Shown: positions 39,176 through 47,610 of the stretch, in pieces
How the letters are laid out: every line of letters starts with the position of its first letter
Numbering within the stretch: position 1 is the first letter of the stretch
Virus record (IMG/VR): IMGVR_UViG_3300034155_000027
Coordinates: 32,001 to 96,000 of that record
Length of the DNA: 64,000 bases
Strand: one strand, 5' to 3'
Source of the DNA: a virus
Taxonomy: Duplodnaviria; Caudoviricetes
Notes under the pieces: model-generated
What the model was told of the DNA's origin: nothing
Database searches by the model: none
The model's input: only the letters and a program-made list of their open reading frames with translations
Translations under genes and position numbers: made by a program

Positions 39176-41452
39176 CTAAATCGGTGATACTGACGAAATA
39201 CCAAACGGTCTTGCTGCATTAATAACTATCGTTTGGTATTTTGGAAGATTATTCTCTACCCAAAATACACTAGCTATATATGCTCCTAATGCATCTGCTC
39301 CAGTAGGTAAAAGTATTCCATGCGCATATAAACCACGATCAATGTTTGTCATAGCTTGAGGATAACCAGATGCTAATGACATGTCAGGGAAAATTATACT
39401 TTCTACAACAGGCACATATCCATCAGACCTGTATCCATCTGCGTTTAATGTATCAATAACAAATCGAACAGTTTGTCCTGTGTTTGCAAATATATAATCT
39501 GTTCCCATAGTAATAACTCTGTTTTGTGTTGTTTTAGCATTACCATTTATAGATGCTGTTGCTCCACCAATATTTGCAGATATTGTTCCAGTTGTATGAA
39601 CAGCATCTCCAATTATAGAGGCTACTGAAGCGCCTGCATTTACAACAATTATGCCTGTAGGTGTTGTAGATAAATAACCATCTATTGATGATACTGGAGC
39701 TCCAATATTTGCAGATATTGTTCCAGTTGTATGAACAGCATCTCCAATAATTGATGCTATTGCTCCACCAATATTTGCAGATATTGTTCCAGTTGTATGA
39801 ACAGCATCTCCAATAATTAATGCTGTTGCTCCACCAATATTTGCAGTAACTATTCCTGTTACAATTGAAGGTTCTACTACTCCAACAAGTGAAGCTACTG
39901 GAGCACCTGCATTTGTAGTAATTGTTCCAGTTGTTACATAACTATTGCCTAATAATAATCTATTTACTTCTGAGTAATTAATTTCCGCAAGTACATGTAA
40001 ACCTAAAGCTGTAAAATGAGCACCATCAGATTGATACATTATAGGATCTAATGGGTTATAAAAGAAATCTCTTAATCCTACAAATCCATCAGCATAAGTT
40101 GTCCAATTTTCTACTAATCCAGCATTTACTATTAAACAAGTATCTTCGTGTGACTGACTATCAGCATCTGCTTTACTTATATCTTGAACAATAACTTTTA
40201 AATTATTATCATGACATTTAACACAAGTAGCCCACATTTCAGATAAAATAGTCGCAGCATCAACCCCAGAATGTGCAGAATTAAATCCTTCTTGAAAAAT
40301 TACAATAGTTGGATGATTAGTTCTAACAACTGGCAAAACTCGTTCTTCAAACTGATCTAATAAAGTAGCTGTTGTTTGCCCACTATATCCTAATTTAGTA
40401 ACTTGACCAATACGAGATCCAAGTAAAATAGCAAGTTGTTCTGGATAATGCAAAGAAGGATCTGAAATTCCATATCCTGCAGTAACACTGTTTCCATAAC
40501 AAATAATATCTGTAGATAACCAATCTATAATACCAGAAACATTTGCAATCGGAGCACCCGCAGCAGTAGTTATAATTCCAGTAGTATGGGTGGCATCTCC
40601 AGTTATAATTGCTATAGGAGCGCCTACATTTGCTGTAACAACGCCTGTAGATATTGCGGTTTCCGAAATTCCAACAATAGAAGCAATTGCCCCACCTGCA
40701 TTTGCTATAACATTTCCTGTTGTACGAGTGGTGGCATCTCCAATGATAGTTGTTATAGGAGCGCCAGCATTAGCAATAATTGTTCCTGAAATAGCAAAAT
40801 CAATACCAACATCTGATGTTGTGACAGTTCCAGTTGCTGTTACTGTTCTAGAATTTCCAGATTTATCAGTATAATCACCATTCTCACCAGAAATAAATAC
40901 CCAAGAAGAAGTTATTGGTGTTTTAGAAATGCTTTGTTCTGCTAATTGTTCTAATGATAATGCAGTTTCCCATAAACCTACATATTGAATAGTTCCAAGA
41001 AGATATCGATCCCATCCTTGTGCAGCTCCAATATCAAAAGAATCTGGACTTTCACCAATGTGACTTGTTACTACTCTAGAATCTACAGATGTTAAACTAG
41101 AACCTGGTGTATCACTCCAATATGTAGTGATGGTTATTGTTCCGCCGTTATTACTCCATACATATGCAAAATACCACCATTTACCATTAGTAAAATTTTT
41201 AGTAGATATAGTTTCAAAATACGGTGGATAGTCTATAACCATCAACACAGCATTATTGCTATCAGTACTTTGAAATTGCACACATTCAGATACATTATTT
41301 CCACTATAATGTATTGACCACATATTATGAAAACCACTATATGAACCTGCTGGTATAAACACCCATCCAGCAATAGTCATTCCACTATCACGACTTGGAG
41401 GATTAGCTACTGATAAATAACTTATATTAGCTAATTTTGTTCCAACAGTCAT
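39176..41452 (-). CDS. Fibre-like protein: LamG/ConA domain, 22-aa repeats, SGNH esterase, more repeats, Ig-like C-terminus
   Basis: TIAGWV..GKWWYFAYVW..WETALS (LamG); GNSVTAG / GYSG / GFN / DGAH (SGNH blocks). Confidence 0.75.
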   Translation of the reverse strand: MTVGTKLANISYLSVANPPSRDSGMTIAGWVFIPAGSYSGFHNMWSIHYSGNNVSECVQFQSTDSNNAVLMVIDYPPYFETISTKNFTNGKWWYFAYVWSNNGGTITITTYWSDTPGSSLTSVDSRVVTSHIGESPDSFDIGAAQGWDRYLLGTIQYVGLWETALSLEQLAEQSISKTPITSSWVFISGENGDYTDKSGNSRTVTATGTVTTSDVGIDFAISGTIIANAGAPITTIIGDATTRTTGNVIANAGGAIASIVGISETAISTGVVTANVGAPIAIITGDATHTTGIITTAAGAPIANVSGIIDWLSTDIICYGNSVTAGYGISDPSLHYPEQLAILLGSRIGQVTKLGYSGQTTATLLDQFEERVLPVVRTNHPTIVIFQEGFNSAHSGVDAATILSEMWATCVKCHDNNLKVIVQDISKADADSQSHEDTCLIVNAGLVENWTTYADGFVGLRDFFYNPLDPIMYQSDGAHFTALGLHVLAEINYSEVNRLLLGNSYVTTGTITTNAGAPVASLVGVVEPSIVTGIVTANIGGATALIIGDAVHTTGTISANIGGAIASIIGDAVHTTGTISANIGAPVSSIDGYLSTTPTGIIVVNAGASVASIIGDAVHTTGTISANIGGATASINGNAKTTQNRVITMGTDYIFANTGQTVRFVIDTLNADGYRSDGYVPVVESIIFPDMSLASGYPQAMTNIDRGLYAHGILLPTGADALGAYIASVFWVENNLPKYQTIVINAARPFGISSVSPI
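39553..39846 (-). repeat. Near-identical 66-bp coding repeats (TGTISANIGGAxAxIIGDAVHT)
   Basis: ccaatatttgcagatattgttccagttgtatgaacagcatctccaat occurs three times, plus a partial copy. Confidence 0.9.
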
Positions 41453-41667
41453 TTATATTCTCCTTTTGATATGTCCTGTATTATACTATAATAAAATAAT
41501 TCTGTATAATTTTTTTTAATAATGCTTGTCACGTTTTATGAGTTACAAATATAATACAACTAGATGGTAAAACAGTTGAGCCTAAATAATTTATTAATTT
41601 TTCTTCAAAAGAATATAAATGAAAAATTACATCATTTGTAAATATAAATTTAATCAATTTTTTTAAA

Positions 41668-42075
41668 TTAAGCACCGTCTGGTTGAGTAATAGTAAAAGC
41701 AGTAATTGAAATGGCTTTGCCAACCTCTGTTGTAAGTGATTCAAAAACAGCTTCTCCTCCACCACCAGTAAGCGTAGCTGTATGACAAGATAAAATAGTT
41801 CCACCAGAACTTTTACATACAATATGACCAATTGTTCCAGCAGAATCTGCGGAAGAATCTGCTGTAATAGCAGCGGCTGTCATCGTTCTATTTGCAGAAT
41901 CTCCAAAAGCATCAGCTGCAAATGTTAATGTTCCTAATAATGTACCAGCTGGTTCAGAAGCAATTGCTACCCTTGCTCCAGTTCTACATTCAATTGTTCC
42001 TGAGTTATATGCTGTTGCTCTAGCATCATTCGCTGCATTAGATTGTGCTACTGATTCAATCATGACTATCTCCAT
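41668..42075 (-). CDS. Small A/T/G-rich virion structural protein
   Basis: GTLLGTLTF..ITADSSADSAGT..ISITAFTITQP; sits upstream of the fibre gene. Confidence 0.6.
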   Translation of the reverse strand: MEIVMIESVAQSNAANDARATAYNSGTIECRTGARVAIASEPAGTLLGTLTFAADAFGDSANRTMTAAAITADSSADSAGTIGHIVCKSSGGTILSCHTATLTGGGGEAVFESLTTEVGKAISITAFTITQPDGA

Positions 42076-42285
42076 TTAAAAGGTTTGTTTCAACCGTTAT
42101 TGATATACTAAAGTATTATTGGTTTTTTTTTGTTTTTACAAAAAAATTAAACCAATTTTAAAAGCCTATCTCTTTTTTTTTATCATTAATATCTATATTA
42201 CAATCCGTTACTTGATTAATATATTATTAAAATTCGGCATTAAACATGACAAATTCAAAAGTTCTAAGAGTGTAAGTTTAAAGAA

Positions 42286-42738
42286 TTAGGTTATTTTATA
42301 TTTAGGATCAATTGATAATATTGGTTGACGATCAGAGAAATCCATTTCAGCATTCTCTATTGCAAATTCTTCGTCAGTCCCATCTTCAAAATCTAAATCT
42401 GGAAAATCTTGAACTTCTATCTTAGTAGGCTTTTTAGCTGCCCTAAACTGATTAAAATCTAATTCTTTTGCTATATCAATTCGTGTTGAGAAAACTACAG
42501 GCTTTACCATTCTTACCTTTATATTTTCTTGTTTTTGATATATAGACCCTTTTTCTATACTTTCATCAATTTGTTTTCTTGAAAAAGAATATTTACTTTG
42601 CCCATTTTGTTTTTTAGCTAATAAATTAATACTTTTTCCGCAACCTAATGAAATACGCAAATCTCCCAAACTAACCGCATGAGTCTGGGAGATGTTGGTA
42701 ATCCATAGCTCTTCTTGTATTCTATTTGGAATTTTCAA
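42286..42738 (-). CDS. Hypothetical protein
   Basis: 150-aa ORF with acidic tail, overlapping the cold-shock gene end. Confidence 0.65.
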   Translation of the reverse strand: MKIPNRIQEELWITNISQTHAVSLGDLRISLGCGKSINLLAKKQNGQSKYSFSRKQIDESIEKGSIYQKQENIKVRMVKPVVFSTRIDIAKELDFNQFRAAKKPTKIEVQDFPDLDFEDGTDEEFAIENAEMDFSDRQPILSIDPKYKIT

Positions 42739-42952
42739 TGACTACTACCTCTGTAGCTTTTGGTTGCTTTCTATTATTTAATCCAATAGAAAAGGCTACA
42801 GTTTGATCTTTTTCTAATGTCTTAAATCCATCACCCTCTATATCTGACCAATGTACAAATAAATCTTTTTCCCCTTCCCTGGATATAAACCCATATCCTA
42901 ATGGCCTTGCCTTAAACCAAACCACTTTCCCAATATATTTTTCTTCTTTCAT
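42722..42952 (-). CDS. Cold-shock domain protein (CspA family)
   Basis: GKVVWF..GYGFI (RNP1), DLFVHWS (RNP2), GFKTL. Confidence 0.92.
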   Translation of the reverse strand: MKEEKYIGKVVWFKARPLGYGFISREGEKDLFVHWSDIEGDGFKTLEKDQTVAFSIGLNNRKQPKATEVVVIENSK

Positions 42953-43048
42953 TTTTTCCTTTCCCCTCACACGCACTATAACAAATTATGAGTGTTATTA
43001 TCTGTTTAACATTGTTTTTGCACGATAACACTCACCATGTTAACAATA

Positions 43049-43342
43049 TTAGTCTAAGTTAACAACAGATTTACTTGCATCTATCTCTTCTTTATAAGAT
43101 AAATCAGGTGGTAATATTTGACATCCATCAACTACCAATTCCCCAACACACCCAATTGTTTTATGAATTTCTGCCAATCCCATAGCCGCTATATGCTTTC
43201 TCTCATATTCGTTTTTAGCTCCCTTTACCGCATCTTGGAATTTTATAATTAATCTCTTTACCTTATCCTCTACTCCCTGCTTGCGTGCTAATGCTAAAAT
43301 AGATTTTATTGTGTCTTGCTCAGATATCAATTTCTTTCCCAT
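43049..43342 (-). CDS. Hypothetical protein
   Basis: 97-aa ORF preceded by AGGA. Confidence 0.65.
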   Translation of the reverse strand: MGKKLISEQDTIKSILALARKQGVEDKVKRLIIKFQDAVKGAKNEYERKHIAAMGLAEIHKTIGCVGELVVDGCQILPPDLSYKEEIDASKSVVNLD

Positions 43343-43673
43343 ATTCTTCCTTTATGTTGTTACCAAAGAATTTCATTATATTAGGCTTGCTTTCTATATA
43401 AGGATTATCTATTCCTGGTATGTTTCTTATTCCATTTTTCTCATATACCAACGTTCTTCTATATGGTAATTTAGTAGATGGATATATTCCAATTATTTTT
43501 AAAAATCCAGCATGTGTTAAATTATGACAATTAGAACATAATACAACTAAATTATTCCAATCATCAGTTGACTTTACATCTACCCTCGGTATTATATGAT
43601 GCTTGTGCAATACCGACGTATTAGACTCCTTACATACTTCACATTCAATTGATTTGATCTTTTCTTTCTTCAC
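43320..43673 (-). CDS. HNH endonuclease
   Basis: CEVC..HHIIPR..NLVVLCSNCHNLTH. Confidence 0.88.
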   Translation of the reverse strand: MKKEKIKSIECEVCKESNTSVLHKHHIIPRVDVKSTDDWNNLVVLCSNCHNLTHAGFLKIIGIYPSTKLPYRRTLVYEKNGIRNIPGIDNPYIESKPNIMKFFGNNIKEEYGKEIDI

Positions 43674-43686
43674 ATATTATCATATA

Positions 43687-44763
43687 TCAATCTTTATTTG
43701 GTAAATATTTCTTAATAGCTTTAACTACCATCTTCGCCTCATTTTCCCCATAATCTCCCCATTGAGAAATTCTTATATAATCATGCGCATTCCCACCACT
43801 TCCCAATGATGTCATAACCGGACTCGTATTCGTACTGAATGAACCACATGCAGATCCTAATCCTATATATATTCCATCACTCTCTAATTGTGCCATCAAA
43901 TATGGCCCCAATTTATTTCCTATATGTACAAACGTAGTGTAAGGTGATCTTTTTGCTTTTTTCCCAATAATTTTTAATCCAAGATCTTCAATCCCACTTT
44001 CCAAAATATTATTCCACCTAAGTGCATTTTCATACCTTTTCGGTAATGTCTTTATCGCTTCCTCTAACGCTACCGCCGTTGCTACTATACTTCCTGCATC
44101 AGGTGTCCCAGGACGATCAAAATAATATCTGCTACCAGACCCATATTCCTTCCACCATTCACTGTCCTGTATATATAAAATACCTACCCCTATCGGTCCA
44201 CCAAATTTATGTGCCCCAAATGTTGCAAGTTTAAGATTATTTATCTTATTTACATTTATAGGGATTTTCCCCAATGATTGACTCATATCACTGAAAAATG
44301 ATACCGGTATCTTCTCTATTCCCTGTATTACCCCTATCTCATTTTGTATGTGTATGCAAATGTAAGCGGAGTTTTGTTCAGGAGTAAATGTACAAGCAAC
44401 TACCCCATCAGATGACACAAATAAATCATTATTACCAAATAATTCTTTTGCCTTTAATGCTACTGCCGGATGCTCTATCGTAGAACAATATACTTTAGAA
44501 AAATTCCTATATTTTAACAATGATAATCCCCATTCACATGCTTGCGTACATGATGATGTAAAGATTATTTGATTTGCTTCTGCCCCAATTAATTTTGCTA
44601 TCTTTTCTCTGGATTTTTCAATTTCACACGCAGCTGCCCTGCCAGGTCCAGATGATGCCATCGCATTCCCATATCCCGCATTTGTTTTATTAAATTGTAC
44701 AAATGCCTCCATAGCTTTATTGTTCATCGGCAAATGCGCATTAGCATCAAGATATAAATTCAT
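43687..44763 (-). CDS. PLP-dependent cysteine desulfurase (IscS/NifS-like)
   Basis: YLDANA, EHPAV, NEIGVIQ, DMSQSLGK, AHKFGGP (PLP Lys), RPGT, GSAC (catalytic Cys). Confidence 0.9.
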   Translation of the reverse strand: MNLYLDANAHLPMNNKAMEAFVQFNKTNAGYGNAMASSGPGRAAACEIEKSREKIAKLIGAEANQIIFTSSCTQACEWGLSLLKYRNFSKVYCSTIEHPAVALKAKELFGNNDLFVSSDGVVACTFTPEQNSAYICIHIQNEIGVIQGIEKIPVSFFSDMSQSLGKIPINVNKINNLKLATFGAHKFGGPIGVGILYIQDSEWWKEYGSGSRYYFDRPGTPDAGSIVATAVALEEAIKTLPKRYENALRWNNILESGIEDLGLKIIGKKAKRSPYTTFVHIGNKLGPYLMAQLESDGIYIGLGSACGSFSTNTSPVMTSLGSGGNAHDYIRISQWGDYGENEAKMVVKAIKKYLPNKD

Positions 44764-44785
44764 AAAAGTTTCTTTGGTAAAAATA

Positions 44786-45283
44786 TTATTGCGGATTATT
44801 AGGTTTAGTAAATGTAATAAAAAACTCAGTACATGTATTTACATTCCTTGATAATAATGTGGCTTGCGTTTCCTGATTCCTCATAGATACATATACATCC
44901 CCAGCATCAAATGCAAATGCCGCATTTACTTCAAAATTACACTTCATTTCTATATGTGGCATATTGTTTTCCCTGAATCCCTTATTGCTCAAAAGGAAAA
45001 ACTCAGCTGATAACGGTGGCCATTGTACCCCAGGATCAGCATACGCTCGGCCATGCGACCACGCCGGAACTTGTATTACTAATTTACCAGATGGTACCAA
45101 GGAATCCCATGCCCATTCTAATAAATCAATTCTCTTATCTGATTTTAATAAATGAAATACTCCATTTATCTTAATTGAATCTATAGGTTCTATCGCAGAA
45201 ACCCATGATACTGTTTCTGTCTTGCTTTCACTCTTAAGGGTTAATCCAAACTTTTTTGTTGTTGATCTTGATATTTCTAACAT
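44786..45283 (-). CDS. Degenerate class I methyltransferase-like protein
   Basis: LVPSGKLVIQVP..RAYADP..WPP C-terminal motifs present; no recognisable DxGxG SAM motif. Confidence 0.55.
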   Translation of the reverse strand: MLEISRSTTKKFGLTLKSESKTETVSWVSAIEPIDSIKINGVFHLLKSDKRIDLLEWAWDSLVPSGKLVIQVPAWSHGRAYADPGVQWPPLSAEFFLLSNKGFRENNMPHIEMKCNFEVNAAFAFDAGDVYVSMRNQETQATLLSRNVNTCTEFFITFTKPNNPQ

Positions 45284-45291
45284 TGTACTTC

Positions 45292-45459
45292 CTATCTCTT
45301 TATTCCACCTGGCGTATGTTCACCAAGCCAATTTGAAAAAACAAAATTAATTCTTCTGCATATATCAGAAGAATCTTCTAATCTCTTATATTGCTCTATA
45401 TCCATTAATTGATGATATAAATCATTAATTTCTAAATCTGTTAATATATATGCTTTCAT
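45292..45459 (-). CDS. Small hypothetical protein (55 aa, not in ORF track)
   Basis: MKAYILTDLEINDLYHQ..GGIKR*; ATGA overlap with the upstream HNH gene. Confidence 0.5.
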   Translation of the reverse strand: MKAYILTDLEINDLYHQLMDIEQYKRLEDSSDICRRINFVFSNWLGEHTPGGIKR

Positions 45460-46076
45460 ATTTTATTCTCGAGTGTTTGTTTATATTCTATTAATTCACA
45501 AATATATTCAAAGAAATCATACATATGAAAATCAGGGATGTATTCTATAGTTAGTTTATCACGTTTAGATGAATTGTCTTTCTTTGATAATAACATTAAA
45601 TTACGAGGATCATGCGCAATTTTCAATAATAATTGCTCATCTTGAATATATTTTTTAAGAAACGCTATTGGTAATATATGATCAATATGTAATATTTTAT
45701 TATTTATATCTCCAAATTTAGACAAATGAGCTTTTAGTGATTCTAAAGTATAGCCAAGTATTTTTTCATAATCGCCGCGTTTTCCTTTCCAATTATTAAT
45801 TAATCGTTTAAAATTATCTCTAATTGATTGTTTACATTTATTGTAATGTTGTCTATGGTGATATAATATTTTTTCCTTATTAATTTTATAATATTTGTTG
45901 TCGTTTTTCTTTTTTTGATCTTTATGGTCTTCTCGATATTTTTGTATTGTTTTTTTATTGATTTCGCGATATATTTTGTCATATTGTTTTTTATTTTCCT
46001 TATTTTTCTGTGCTTTAATTTGTTTTTTATCTTTGTTTTTTTTATAATATATTTTTTGATATTCTTTTCTATCCAT
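45456..46076 (-). CDS. HNH homing endonuclease with K/Y-rich N-terminal repeats
   Basis: LHIDHILPI..NLMLLSKKDNSSKRDK. Confidence 0.8.
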   Translation of the reverse strand: MDRKEYQKIYYKKNKDKKQIKAQKNKENKKQYDKIYREINKKTIQKYREDHKDQKKKNDNKYYKINKEKILYHHRQHYNKCKQSIRDNFKRLINNWKGKRGDYEKILGYTLESLKAHLSKFGDINNKILHIDHILPIAFLKKYIQDEQLLLKIAHDPRNLMLLSKKDNSSKRDKLTIEYIPDFHMYDFFEYICELIEYKQTLENKI

Positions 46077-46081
46077 ATATT

Positions 46082-46819
46082 TTACCACACAGTATATTTC
46101 TCGCCTTCTGAAAATTCCCCTGTCAGATCTATATGGCCACTTTTGATAGAACAGTCCACACCACAGCGGTACCCAAATTTTCTATAATCTGAGGCAAAAT
46201 ACAGATCCTGTGTGGAACAACCCTCTTCTACTGATGCTGTAGTTTTAAACCATGGCCTACGTAATCTTTCATCTTTAAACATATCAAGACGAAATAGGGC
46301 ACAGCCCATCCCGGTTCCGCATGACTCTACCAATTCTCCTTCTCTTGGTAATTGTGGACGATAGTTAGGAATAGGATCTGATGCATTGCCCCAGATCTGG
46401 GGTACGCCGCCAGGTCCTTTAGTAAAATATAACCCAGAAATTACAGAATATTCTGGATGTTCTTCTATGCGTGCAAGTAATTTAAGCAATGCATCTGAAG
46501 GTATGGTGTTATCATGTTCGATTGTCATTATAAACTTGAATTTAGATAATTCAGGATGTTCTAAAATACCTTCAATACATTGAGAAAATGCACAACCAAC
46601 CTCCATATTGAGCGGCCAAAGGCGCACAACTTTTCCATTGGGTGGTGTCATCATGTTAATCCATGATGCTACGGCTTTTGTAGGTATCATCCCAAAACCA
46701 GGAGTAATAATAATAGTTGATAAATCCTTATAAGATCCATCATGTTTTAATCGTTTAATACTGTTTTCATTTGAGTTATGAAAACCCCCAACATCCAATG
46801 ATAATATCTCTGGCTTCAT
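46082..46819 (-). CDS. GT-A (family-2-like) glycosyltransferase
   Basis: MTIEHDN (DxD-like), VISGLYFTK, GTGMGCALF, PWF, QDLYF, GH. Confidence 0.75.
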   Translation of the reverse strand: MKPEILSLDVGGFHNSNENSIKRLKHDGSYKDLSTIIITPGFGMIPTKAVASWINMMTPPNGKVVRLWPLNMEVGCAFSQCIEGILEHPELSKFKFIMTIEHDNTIPSDALLKLLARIEEHPEYSVISGLYFTKGPGGVPQIWGNASDPIPNYRPQLPREGELVESCGTGMGCALFRLDMFKDERLRRPWFKTTASVEEGCSTQDLYFASDYRKFGYRCGVDCSIKSGHIDLTGEFSEGEKYTVW

Positions 46820-46971
46820 TAAGAAAACTCCTTCATTAATCCTATATATCACTTAAAATTAGTAGATAACACCAAAAGGAACAGAATCGATATTTGCAGG
46901 CTGATATGGTAAGAATCCTTATTCTTTGGTAACAACATATTATTTTAGATAAAAAGCAGTAACATTTACAT

Positions 46972-47610
46972 TTAAGCTAAAATAAAATAAGGTACTAAAC
47001 TATATGAAATAGAATTAACTGGTTGAAAAACATTAGGCATTACACTTTGTGATGCATAAGAATATCCAATACCACCACCATTTGGTACAAACATATTCAT
47101 TAAATTTGTATTTGACTGTATTTGTATAGCAGGTATAATTAGGTTACCAATACTAGTATGACTAGAACTAGTACACTGAATATGTCCACCAGTTAAAAAT
47201 AAATATTTTCCAGGATTTAATGTGTTAGAAAATGCAATTGGTAAAACAGTTTCAATATTGAAATCACTGTTACTAGTTGTTGAATATGTTCCAAATGTAT
47301 CCAATATTAGAGATATTGTAGTGCCATTTGTTGTGACACATTGATATGCATATGACCATGATGTAGTAGCTACCATAGTGTAATTAGTACCACTGTTCGA
47401 ATATACACCACAAGAATACGTAATATTTCGTGTTTGATTTAACAACACCCTCCTCCGAAATAAACAAATTTAATTGGTAAATATAAATTATTCACTGTAC
47501 ACAATGAAGGAATATCAAATGGTGTGGCTTTCATTTGTAAATACCCATTTGTAACAGCTCCTCCAGTTATTCCTAACGAAGTAAATGCAGTGGCATATGC
47601 TGGAGCTATA
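46972..47610 (-). pseudogene. Probable decapitated, frameshifted S/T-rich fibre-type gene
   Basis: Two compositionally matching frames (..KATPFDIP..LYLPI / NQTRNITYSCGVYS..) join at about 47445; the upstream part has no start and ends at a 21-bp direct repeat. Confidence 0.5.

Noticed and set aside
39553-39846. Regular repeats resembling a CRISPR array
   Set aside because: In-frame 66-bp coding repeats with no unique spacers and no cas genes.
43687-44763. Complete Dnd phosphorothioation system
   Set aside because: Only the desulfurase is present; no DndB-E or Ssp-like ORFs were recognised here.
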